46,412 nucleotides of DNA from an uncultured archaeon (GTDB lineage: Archaea; Thermoplasmatota; Penumbrarchaeia; JASLWR01). The stretch lies in assembly GCA_964430885.1 (NCBI GenBank), contig CAYSHM010000027.1, forward strand, positions 1-46,412. Direction: 5' to 3'. The notes beneath the pieces are model-generated. The model was not told the origin of the DNA. It made no database searches and saw only the letters and a program-made list of their open reading frames with translations. Made by a program: the position numbers and the translations under genes. Below are positions 8,690-17,750 of the stretch, one piece after another (the stretch's first letter is position 1; the number at the start of each line of letters is the position of its first letter).

Positions 8690-11600
8690 TTATTCGATCT
8701 GCCCTTCCACACCGCATTTGGGACACTTGATTATAAGAGGCCTCTCGTTGGTGAGAATGGGTATCACAGTTCCGCAGTTGTAGCAGTCCACTTCCATTCC
8801 TTCTTCCACAGTATCTTTCGCGTTTTCCTCTTCCTCCAGCATATCCTTATCAGCATTGGATTGAGGTGCAGTGGGTTTCTTACTGTCCGTCTTGGTTTTA
8901 TCCGATTTGTAAATGGACAGCAGTTCATCGAAAAGGTCTGCTCCGGTATCCGTTCCTGAAGGTTCAATCGAACTGTCGGAATAGCTCATGCCAAGATCGT
9001 CCTTGCTGTCCTCTCCGCCTTTATCGGCTGCCACGAGGGGGCTGAAAAGGGAATCTATATCCTTGAAAGGATCCTGCTTCTTCTGCGGCGGTTCAGGTTT
9101 CTTCTTGGACTCTTTGGAAGGCTCCCCTGAACCCAATGCAAGCAGAGCCCCGTCTCCATGGAAGGCCGGACCTTGGGCTTGGCTTTCGGAGGCCTCAGGG
9201 ACTCCCATGGTGAAAGTGTCGCTGTATACTTCCTCTTCATGCACCGGACTGAGTTCTTCAATGGGTTCTTCCTCTTCCTGGGGTGTGGATTGGAAGAAGG
9301 AAGGCATGTCATCATCTTCTTCCGGATAATCCTGGGAAGACTGAGGATCGGACAGTCCTACGGTCTGTACTCCTGCTGTTCCCGGTCCGGGATCGCTACC
9401 GTAAAGCTCCTTTGCCTCCTCTTCCTTCCTGCTCTCCGCCTCGTCAACTTCAACATGGGTAGGTGAAGCATCCTCCTCATCTTTATCCTTCTTCCTGCGT
9501 CTTACGATGAGGATGAAGAGGAAAATTATCAGCAGAAGGATTAGTACACAAATTATGATGATTAGCCAGAGATAATCGTCAATGAACCCCCCGCTCTCGT
9601 CGTCCTCGGTATCCCTTCTGGGCGGACGAGGTCTATCATCATCGCCTGTAGTATCGTCGTCTCCAGTGGTGTCATCGTCTCCAGATGTATCGTCGTCTCC
9701 AGTGGTGTCATCGTCTCCAGATGTATCGTCGTCCCCAGTGGTGTCGTCGTCCCCTGTATCGTCATCATCGTCGCTAGTATCGTCATCATCCCCAGTATCA
9801 TCATCGTCATCATCCCCAGTGTTTTCCTCGATAACAGTTATGGTCCACTGGTAAGATTCCTTGTTGTTTCCATCATCTAGTTCAACCTTGAGCACATGAG
9901 ATCCTGTTTCAGCGGGCGCAGTGAAGACATAGAAATCATCGATGGCGCCGCTAATGACCTCATCATCCAGATACCATTTGATATCCGCGGTGTCATCTCC
10001 GAAGAAATCAACGGTCACTTCAAATCTGAAGTTCTCTTCTATTTTGATATCCAGGGTAGCATTTTCCGGTTCATGTGAGAGTATTGCAGGCTCCAGGTCA
10101 TCAGCTGGAGATACAGGCGAAGAAGGACTTGCAATCTCGCCTATGTTCCCTGCATTATCAACCGCTACAACAGCTATATAGTATTCTGTTCCGTCCTCAA
10201 GGTCGTCCCCGTCAATCTCGGTGATGTTCAGGAGGGTGGTGCTGATCTCAGTGATCTCTTCCACCATGAATCCGTCATCGACATCATCAATCTCTGCTGT
10301 AGATATATACACCCTGTATCTGTTGAAATCATCCGCATCGGTGGCGCTCCAGGAGAGCGTCAGGGATCCCCCGTTATCTCCTGGGGTATCTACCAGGGAA
10401 AGTCCCGTTAGTTTGTCTGGTGCTGTTGCATCCGTGGGTATGACCGTAATACTGTCCGATATTTGTGAAGGATTACCGCTGTCGTCCAGTGTTCTTATGG
10501 AGAAATAATATTCAACTCCACCCTCAAGACCGGTTACAGTGAACTCTTCAGCAGTTCCAGCGGGAGCTGGTAAAGGCGGTGAAGCAGCTTGATCTGCTGC
10601 CAGGAATTCAGCTGCATCAGTTATATCTGCAGTTGAATAGCGTATGTCATAGCTGTCAGCCTGACCTTGATCTTCATCATCCCCAGGCGCGTCCCATTCG
10701 AGGTCTACCTCTCCGTCGTTCTCACCCGGAGAACCGGACAAGCTTATCTTCTCAGGGGCCATGATATCCGGGAGGTCCACTGAGGGAACATTGGAAAGGT
10801 TGCCTTCGTTCCCTATCTCATCAAGAGCTATTACGGCAAAATAATAAGTGTTGTCGAAATCCAATCCCGTTGTGGCATTGATATCAACAGTCATGGTCTC
10901 AGCGGTCCCTCCTGCTGCTGGTGAAGGTAGCCCTGCTGAGATTTGGCTGGCAGTGGCGAAATCGATAATATCGTTCTCCGAGAAACCCATCTGGTATGAT
11001 GTGACATCTCCGTTACCCAGATCATCAAATGGTGCAGTCCATGTGAGCTCTATCTCACCGGTGCCTGTCATGTATTGGGCAGAAAGATCAGTAATAGCGT
11101 CGGGCAGTATGTAATCGGATATGTCGAAGTTCACTACATTTGAAAGGGGTGCCCAATTGTTAGCGTGGTCAACCGTCCTTATGGCGAAATAATAGCTTGT
11201 ATCGGAACTCAGATTTGCGATCTCCACACTCTGAGTGTTACCTGGCTCGTCAGGATTGGGTGACCAGGTATAGTTTGTCGATTGATTGAAATTGTTGATG
11301 GTGATGGCATCGGTTCCGTAATGCAATTCGTAATAGGCTGCAGGTCCTCTCTCTAGACCATCGTTTCCTGGTGCCGTCCATTCTACCTTTACTTCATGAG
11401 GTTCGCTTCCGAAGGGTTGGCTAACTGACAGGTCAGTGACCGCTCCAGGGGGTATGATATCAGGCCCCTCGAAACCAGTGCTTATATTGAGTAACCGGAA
11501 ATCCTGTCCAGCGTAGAATATATCTCCTGCACCTGTGTTGTCGAAATCGTCCGTAAGCATTAGAACCACTGTACCGTTGAGTCCGTTGTCAGTATCATCG

Positions 11601-13000
11601 GACCACTTAAGGTCAAAGGTTGCAGCAGCTGTGGTATTGTATAACTGGATCTCCCAAACATCCACAAGGCCGTCTGGTATGATATCGGTATCCCAGGCAT
11701 AGGAAATGGTAATGTCGTCAAAGGAAAGGTCATCCAGGTTATCCGCGATCAGATTACTTCCGGGTCCCTGGTTGTTCACAGTTTTCTTATCCACGGGATT
11801 CGCGAAACCCGCTGCAGCCCTTCCTGCTGCATACCAGATCTTGCTGTCATCCCAGTCGCCTCCCCCGCCCACATCAGCATCTGTGGATATCATGATATCC
11901 GGAAAAGCATCACCGGAAAATTCGCCTACATCCGCGGAGAAGGTCCATTCATCGTTATGCTGGTTCTGAACTGAATAGGCGTATGTCCAATCAGCATTCA
12001 TGACAATCCCGTTATTACCGCCCTTATAGACCCTTACCTCTCCGGAAAAGAATGTTACTTGATAGTTGTTCCATCCGTAGATAGTTGCCACCACATCGTC
12101 GAAATTATCGCCTGTAGCTTCCTTGGCATGCACATCTCCGATCCAAAGCACACCGTACTGAGCATCCGTGGCTGCAATGGCGCTGTTGGTTGAACCATAT
12201 CCCCCCTGGCCGTTGTTCAGGAGGTAATAGAGTGTTGCCACTGATGGGTTGATCTGCTGAACCGGGTCGCTGTGACTCACAGCTACAACGAAATCAGCAT
12301 TACCGTCGTTATTGAAATCCCCTGAATCGAGGGTAAGGGAGAAAAGAAATCCGAAGGTCGTCTGAGCTCCTCCGACGTCCACCTTGTGAACACCGCCGTT
12401 AGCATTGAAGTTCCCTCCGCCATTGTTGGTATAAAGATACAGATCCAGAGCTGTGGGGTCCTGGACCGGATTCGGCCATGTTAGAATCATTATGTCCTCA
12501 TCTCCGTCATTGTCCACATCGCCAGTTGTCACTCTTGTATAGTTTTTGTTATTGTCGGTGTCGGTGAAGACCTGGGTGAAATTGTTGGCTTGGTCATTGT
12601 GGAAAGTGGCCACTGTATGATTGCCTACAACTATAAGGTCTGCATAACCGTCTCCGTTGAGATCTCCCGTAGCCACATCACTGATGGGATCGTCAAGCAT
12701 ACTGTTGTTGTCCCATACTTCCCAGATGTTCCAGTCGATTGCACCTCTGGAGTTGCCCCTGAAAGCTGCTGGTGTTCTATCCCTTGCATCGTTATTGGGG
12801 ATAGGATCTCCCTCTTTTGTAAAAAGTGTGTTCTGATTCACAGTCAAACATTCTGATCTGGAAAGAAACCGCTCCTTGCAGTGGGGTGCTGTCTTTTCGT
12901 CATCTAGGCCGGAATAACCTACAGCTGCCGCTCCGGCGAAGCTTGTCAATATCAATATAATTATGGAAAAAAATACAATATTAATACGTCTATCTAACAT
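8690..13000 (-). CDS. Large single-pass surface protein: signal peptide, 7 FG-GAP-like repeats, 4 FN3 domains, Ig-like domain, Asp-rich linker, TM helix, acidic tail, C-terminal Zn ribbon
   Basis: Hydrophobic N-terminus. DxxxDGxxD-type motifs such as GDLNGDGYAD, GDVDNDGDED and GDFNNDGNAD. FN3 signatures W(T/D)AP...YYF(A/S)....D. TM helix followed by RRRKK. Terminal CYNC-x16-CPKC. GAGGA RBS upstream. Confidence 0.85.
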   Translation of the reverse strand: MLDRRINIVFFSIIILILTSFAGAAAVGYSGLDDEKTAPHCKERFLSRSECLTVNQNTLFTKEGDPIPNNDARDRTPAAFRGNSRGAIDWNIWEVWDNNSMLDDPISDVATGDLNGDGYADLIVVGNHTVATFHNDQANNFTQVFTDTDNNKNYTRVTTGDVDNDGDEDIMILTWPNPVQDPTALDLYLYTNNGGGNFNANGGVHKVDVGGAQTTFGFLFSLTLDSGDFNNDGNADFVVAVSHSDPVQQINPSVATLYYLLNNGQGGYGSTNSAIAATDAQYGVLWIGDVHAKEATGDNFDDVVATIYGWNNYQVTFFSGEVRVYKGGNNGIVMNADWTYAYSVQNQHNDEWTFSADVGEFSGDAFPDIMISTDADVGGGGDWDDSKIWYAAGRAAAGFANPVDKKTVNNQGPGSNLIADNLDDLSFDDITISYAWDTDIIPDGLVDVWEIQLYNTTAAATFDLKWSDDTDNGLNGTVVLMLTDDFDNTGAGDIFYAGQDFRLLNISTGFEGPDIIPPGAVTDLSVSQPFGSEPHEVKVEWTAPGNDGLERGPAAYYELHYGTDAITINNFNQSTNYTWSPNPDEPGNTQSVEIANLSSDTSYYFAIRTVDHANNWAPLSNVVNFDISDYILPDAITDLSAQYMTGTGEIELTWTAPFDDLGNGDVTSYQMGFSENDIIDFATASQISAGLPSPAAGGTAETMTVDINATTGLDFDNTYYFAVIALDEIGNEGNLSNVPSVDLPDIMAPEKISLSGSPGENDGEVDLEWDAPGDDEDQGQADSYDIRYSTADITDAAEFLAADQAASPPLPAPAGTAEEFTVTGLEGGVEYYFSIRTLDDSGNPSQISDSITVIPTDATAPDKLTGLSLVDTPGDNGGSLTLSWSATDADDFNRYRVYISTAEIDDVDDGFMVEEITEISTTLLNITEIDGDDLEDGTEYYIAVVAVDNAGNIGEIASPSSPVSPADDLEPAILSHEPENATLDIKIEENFRFEVTVDFFGDDTADIKWYLDDEVISGAIDDFYVFTAPAETGSHVLKVELDDGNNKESYQWTITVIEENTGDDDDDDTGDDDDTSDDDDDTGDDDTTGDDDTSGDDDTTGDDDTSGDDDTTGDDDTTGDDDRPRPPRRDTEDDESGGFIDDYLWLIIIICVLILLLIIFLFILIVRRRKKDKDEEDASPTHVEVDEAESRKEEEAKELYGSDPGPGTAGVQTVGLSDPQSSQDYPEEDDDMPSFFQSTPQEEEEPIEELSPVHEEEVYSDTFTMGVPEASESQAQGPAFHGDGALLALGSGEPSKESKKKPEPPQKKQDPFKDIDSLFSPLVAADKGGEDSKDDLGMSYSDSSIEPSGTDTGADLFDELLSIYKSDKTKTDSKKPTAPQSNADKDMLEEEENAKDTVEEGMEVDCYNCGTVIPILTNERPLIIKCPKCGVEGQIE
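9636..9820 (-). repeat. Intragenic tandem repeat encoding (T/S)GDDDT units (18-bp subunit, 36-bp higher-order unit)
   Basis: gtatcgtcgtctccagtggtgtcatcgtctccagat occurs identically at 9651-9686 and 9687-9722, with degenerate copies on both sides. Confidence 0.9.
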
Positions 13001-13169
13001 ACAATTCCTCCTAAGTATTAGGGTTCTGAAACCAGGAACATATTCTCCCTGATGTTATAAATATCTTGAGATTAAATATAAAATCAGGTCCAATAATGAA
13101 TCGCACACTTCGTTGGGAGATGAGAACGAGCAGATATTTATATACTAAATAACACTGCTGCCAGTCAAA

Positions 13170-13970
13170 ATGGATGTGGTCACTATTAAACTTGAAAGGG
13201 AGTATAAATTTATGTGGGAAGTCCACTTTCCCGCATTGGGATCAAAAGCGATATTGTTCGGAACCAATCATATCTTAGAGGATGACATATCGGATGATCT
13301 CTTTAAGATTATAGAATGGTCTGACCGGGTGGTGATTGAGCATAGACTGGTCCTCGAGGATGATGCTGAAGATAGAATGCCCTTTTGCAGAGATGTGCTG
13401 GAACAGGGCAGGATAGAAATAATTCAGGGTTTGATTGAACCTTATTTTCCCATGATAAGGATCCATGATCTTAGGGTGGATGAAACAGTTTCAATTATCC
13501 AGAGAGCGGGCCGTTTGATATTGGGCGCCATTTTTGAATCGGATAGATGGGTTCATGATCACTGCCTTGGTTCGGGAGTGGTGCTGGAATATGCGGAGAT
13601 TCTCAAGGAGAAGGATCGGAATATTGTGGATTTCTATATTGAATATTTAAGGGGTCTTGAGAACCTTGATGAGGTGGCGGACGGGATGAGGAGGTCTATT
13701 GACCTATATTGGTCAGGTGATACGGAGATGTCAAATGGTTTTAGAGAAATGTCCTTTTATGAACGTGGGATCACAGACCGCTCCAAGGTAATGTTCAGTT
13801 CATTGATATATAATCTAATGATAAAAAATGGACGTTGTGCCCTTTTCTTCGGAGCACTTCACGCTTTGGAAATAGTACAATTCCTAAAAGGGATCCAAGA
13901 CGGCCATAATGATGCAATGGGAATAAATGAGGAAATAATCAACGATCTGGAGGTCAGGAAGATAGGCTGA
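13170..13970 (+). CDS. TraB/GumN (TIKI superfamily)-like protein, no signal peptide
   Basis: MWEV....AILFGTNH (GTxH motif), D.VVIE, ITDRSKVM and FFGALH (xGxxH motif), in the order typical of TraB/GumN proteins. Confidence 0.6.
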   Translation: MDVVTIKLEREYKFMWEVHFPALGSKAILFGTNHILEDDISDDLFKIIEWSDRVVIEHRLVLEDDAEDRMPFCRDVLEQGRIEIIQGLIEPYFPMIRIHDLRVDETVSIIQRAGRLILGAIFESDRWVHDHCLGSGVVLEYAEILKEKDRNIVDFYIEYLRGLENLDEVADGMRRSIDLYWSGDTEMSNGFREMSFYERGITDRSKVMFSSLIYNLMIKNGRCALFFGALHALEIVQFLKGIQDGHNDAMGINEEIINDLEVRKIG

Positions 13971-13990
13971 ATAACACAGACGACATTTTA

Positions 13991-14015
13991 AATGTTGTAC
14001 AACATTCTTTATATA
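13991..14015 (+). promoter_or_regulatory. Perfect 16-bp palindrome next to a TATA box upstream of the membrane-tethered regulator
   Basis: AATGTTGTACAACATT at 13991-14006 is its own reverse complement. TTTATATA lies at 14008-14015. Confidence 0.55.
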
Positions 14016-14138
14016 CAAGGAGATGATATATTTTATATGCTAACAGTATTAAAACAAAAAAATAAGGGGAATTGAAGTGTGATTTAATTATTCTGCAGAG
14101 TTTCTGCAGAGGGAAAATGTGATCCATTTGAAAGGAAG

Positions 14139-16721
14139 GTGATCTGTGTGGAAAATGGGAAAACCTCGATAAAAAGAGTCAGAAGAAGCAGATTGGGATT
14201 TTCAATATTCAGGTATTCCCGTTTAATTATGATATCATGTTTTGTGATAATTTCTCTGTTTTTATTCACCGCAGCATTCAGGCCTTCTTTAAATGAAGGA
14301 GAATATAAATGCTGCAGTCCCTATGACATTCCCCCGCTACAGATGGATTCGGCCCGTGCTGAAAACTATTCATTCAGCGTTATTCCAGAGGATTCCAAGT
14401 ACACCTATTATATGTCTCCATTGGAAGAGATATCAATAAAGGTCAACATAACAAATACCGGACTGTGCAATGATTCCTATCGATCATTCATCTCTTTTTT
14501 CCCAGGTTATTGGGATCATGATGTCTCTGGTTCGATAACTCCAGCACTCTCCTATATGGAATTTCACGAGATAATCCTTAATATCACTGCCCCTAGCGAT
14601 CTATGGCATTATTCCAATGAAATGGAATTTATAATAAATATCAGCTCCCTTGAGAACAATTCTATCAGAGAGGAATTGAAGCTATTCTTTTTCCTTTCCC
14701 CGATAGAGATAGATTTTGATTCCCAGATTTCGGACCTTGAAGGGCAAATTCAGACCGAGAAAGATGTTCTCATGAATAGAAATGAACTGATCTTTATTGA
14801 GATCGAGAATAAGGGAAACCTCAGAGACATATATGATATCAGGATATCCGGATTGTCCGAAGGCTGGGATGCTTATTTTAGTCCTGGAATGAAATATATC
14901 AGTGCGGACCTCCCATCATCTTTGGAGGACGGCAATATGATTAGCATACCTCTCATAGTGAGATGCGGTGAGAACGGCACTGAGGAGAACAACCTTCAGG
15001 TCATTATCAATTCAACTGTGACCACTATTACCGGAGATCCAACAATAAGTGAAGTGCAGTCCATCAACCTTATTAAGACAAGAAACCAGGAAAATATCTT
15101 CCTATCTGTATCTCAGCAGTATTTTTCGGTCCTTCCCGGAGAAACCATTGAGGTGGAGATCCAGGCGACCAACGGAGGAGAGACCACTGTGGTCTATACC
15201 CCTTCTCTGATTTTTACACTTCCCCAGTGGCTGGAGATGCTGGACGGACCTGACGAGGATGCAATGATAAATCCCGGATCTACAATTGAGTATGAATATG
15301 AACTCCTTGTGAACAATGATACCCTGGCCGATAATGCTTCACCAATAGGCTTCACAGGTACTGATGGTGAAGGAAGGTTTTCCTTCTACGAGACATGGAT
15401 CTATGTGAATGTAGGCACTTATCACAATCTCACAGCAGTCGTTTCAGATACGAATGTGGAAGTGAGCACCGTGTCCGGGGATACTATCAATATAACCCTT
15501 GAGAACCTCGGCAACGGCGAGGAGATGGTGTCTCTTTATCTGAACGTGAATGATCTGGAGAGGTTCGCAGATATTTCTCTTGAACCGCGCAAAGTATCGC
15601 TGCAGCCCGGTGAAACAGCCGTTAGTATGCTGAACATTTCCCTTCTGGAAAAAGTATCTTTCAATTATTCCAATATAATCATTTTTATCGAAACCTCCGA
15701 ACAGTCATTGAGCTATGATATCGGTGTTTCCATTAAAAGAGATGATGATGGGGGAAATGAGAAATTGGAGGATCTGTATCTGTTCGATGTTGAGTTATCC
15801 AAGTCCCTTGACGGCCTAGAACTCGTTGACCGGTTATTTGTGAATTTCAGTATCTCTAACCAAATAAACCTTGGCGGAGAGCCTTTTGAGATATCGGTCA
15901 AGACATTGAATCCACTGGGCAGTGTGTCCCAAATAATACTTGAGAAGGAGATAAATGGTTTAGGTCCCGGGGATGTGAGATATTTCTCGGTCCCGATAAT
16001 TCTTAAGAAAACCGACGCATTATTGAGCATCAGATTGGACCCTGACAACCTTATTGATGAAGTGAACGAGTCCAACAATATCTGGGAAAGTGAAATGCAT
16101 GTGGATGATGACGGGGACGCGTATGTCTCCTATAGTGGCGGTAATGACAGCTCAGTTCCTATGCCGGTTTACGTTCTAGGCGGTGGTTTTGCAGCTCTGG
16201 GCGCTGTTATCGGCCTGCTTTATGGATTTGGAGGTGAATCCACCCGCTATTCCCTCATGGGTATTGTAACCCCCTTATATTCACGTCTTTCCAGAGATGA
16301 AGTTTTATCTCACGATATACGCGAGCAGGTCTATCATTATGTCAGGGACAATCCAGGTGAACATTACAGGTCCATCAAGAAGAACCTCTCATTGAAGAAT
16401 GGGACTCTAATGCATCATCTTCATACCCTTGAGAACAAGGAACTTATCGTTTCCAAAAAGGACGGGCCCTATCGAAGGTTCTTCCCGCCTGGCTCCCGCG
16501 AGAAGAGGAAGATCTATCTTACAGGTCTCAGACAGAGATTGTATATGTATATACAGGATAATCCCGGATTGAGCCAAAAGGAAATATCACAGGCTCTGGA
16601 GCAGAAACCTCCCACAGTGAACTATCATATCCAGATACTTGCGGATATGGGTCTTGTGGAAATAAAGAAGAACGGGCGAGGAACCCGATGTTATCCCAAC
16701 ATTTCCGAATCCGAGAACTGA
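14139..16721 (+). CDS. Membrane-tethered transcription regulator: Ig-like/CARDB ectodomain, TM helix, tandem winged-helix domains (COG3398-like)
   Basis: N-terminal hydrophobic segment. Repeated (I/L)xNxG beta-sandwich motifs and CARDB motif LDPDNLIDEVNESNN. Gly-rich TM helix. PLYSRL followed by two Y(V/I)xDNPG...H(L/I)..L wHTH repeats. The start codon is uncertain. Confidence 0.8.
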   Translation: MICVENGKTSIKRVRRSRLGFSIFRYSRLIMISCFVIISLFLFTAAFRPSLNEGEYKCCSPYDIPPLQMDSARAENYSFSVIPEDSKYTYYMSPLEEISIKVNITNTGLCNDSYRSFISFFPGYWDHDVSGSITPALSYMEFHEIILNITAPSDLWHYSNEMEFIINISSLENNSIREELKLFFFLSPIEIDFDSQISDLEGQIQTEKDVLMNRNELIFIEIENKGNLRDIYDIRISGLSEGWDAYFSPGMKYISADLPSSLEDGNMISIPLIVRCGENGTEENNLQVIINSTVTTITGDPTISEVQSINLIKTRNQENIFLSVSQQYFSVLPGETIEVEIQATNGGETTVVYTPSLIFTLPQWLEMLDGPDEDAMINPGSTIEYEYELLVNNDTLADNASPIGFTGTDGEGRFSFYETWIYVNVGTYHNLTAVVSDTNVEVSTVSGDTINITLENLGNGEEMVSLYLNVNDLERFADISLEPRKVSLQPGETAVSMLNISLLEKVSFNYSNIIIFIETSEQSLSYDIGVSIKRDDDGGNEKLEDLYLFDVELSKSLDGLELVDRLFVNFSISNQINLGGEPFEISVKTLNPLGSVSQIILEKEINGLGPGDVRYFSVPIILKKTDALLSIRLDPDNLIDEVNESNNIWESEMHVDDDGDAYVSYSGGNDSSVPMPVYVLGGGFAALGAVIGLLYGFGGESTRYSLMGIVTPLYSRLSRDEVLSHDIREQVYHYVRDNPGEHYRSIKKNLSLKNGTLMHHLHTLENKELIVSKKDGPYRRFFPPGSREKRKIYLTGLRQRLYMYIQDNPGLSQKEISQALEQKPPTVNYHIQILADMGLVEIKKNGRGTRCYPNISESEN

Positions 16722-16846
16722 AGTGAAGTTGCTATGCCTTTATTTTTAAATATTTTCTGCAGTTCCTTAATTATATTTTTAAATCTGTACTATGATAATA
16801 ATATTCGTATAGGTATCGTAGCAGGATAAATTCTTAGGGTGAACCA

Positions 16847-17632
16847 ATGGAGAGAGGTAAGGGGAAAAAACGTAATCTGAAATGTGCATTTTCAGTGTTC
16901 CCTCTGCACTTTTTGAGGAAGGAATCCATATGGTTAAGACCAGTAATTGTCCTGCTCCTTTTGGGAATGTTCTCTAGGGTATCCTTTTCCCTCTTCCATC
17001 AATATTCGCACGCTGAAACCCTTGATCCACTGGATTATCTGATCCATGATAATATTCCTTTCCTTTCCCTGGATGTTCAGGGGCCTGACGATGAGCCCTT
17101 CTCACCCTATATTACTCCAGGGGAACAGGGAAAAGAGGATACACCCGAAGGTGATCTTAAAGGTCAGATAAAGGATATTATATTTTCAAAATTCTTCATC
17201 TATTTGATAATTGGTGTTTTCAGCTTTTTTATACTCCTCTTCATCGCTCAGAGAATGATGAGGGGAAATAGACAGTACGAGGACGGTAAAAGAGGGTCGC
17301 TAGAGCAGAGCTGGCCTGTTGATAGAAAAAAAGATTTCGATTCGTCCAGGTACGATAGTCAACGGTCCCATGATTATTCGGATGATTATGATGATTACCG
17401 GAAAAGGTATGATGAAGGCGGAAATGGGAAGGGGGGAAGGAATGGACGGGAAAGATATTTCTTTGGTGACCTTTCCCCTCCCGATTCAGGTGATGGTTTT
17501 CCCTATTATCTCTCCGTGGAGGAGAGGATATACTGCCCCAGATGTGATTTCGGCTTCAATATCACTCATGATGATCAGGAGATCAGGATACGCTGTCCCA
17601 GATGCGGAATGACCGGTTCCTTCAGACCTTAG
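16847..17632 (+). CDS. Membrane protein with Asp/Tyr-rich cytoplasmic region and C-terminal Zn ribbon
   Basis: Two hydrophobic segments (VIVLLLLGMF; FFIYLIIGVFSFFILLFIA) and terminal CPRC-x16-CPRC. Confidence 0.7.
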   Translation: MERGKGKKRNLKCAFSVFPLHFLRKESIWLRPVIVLLLLGMFSRVSFSLFHQYSHAETLDPLDYLIHDNIPFLSLDVQGPDDEPFSPYITPGEQGKEDTPEGDLKGQIKDIIFSKFFIYLIIGVFSFFILLFIAQRMMRGNRQYEDGKRGSLEQSWPVDRKKDFDSSRYDSQRSHDYSDDYDDYRKRYDEGGNGKGGRNGRERYFFGDLSPPDSGDGFPYYLSVEERIYCPRCDFGFNITHDDQEIRIRCPRCGMTGSFRP

Positions 17633-17750
17633 AGTCAGTTGCTGTAAGCTCTTAAGAATTTTTACTTTTACTTTCACTCACCCCCCTTGCTGCGGTTTAT
17701 ATACTCCTGATGCCTTCTTTGTTATTGAAAATTAAAAAGGAGGTAGAAAA

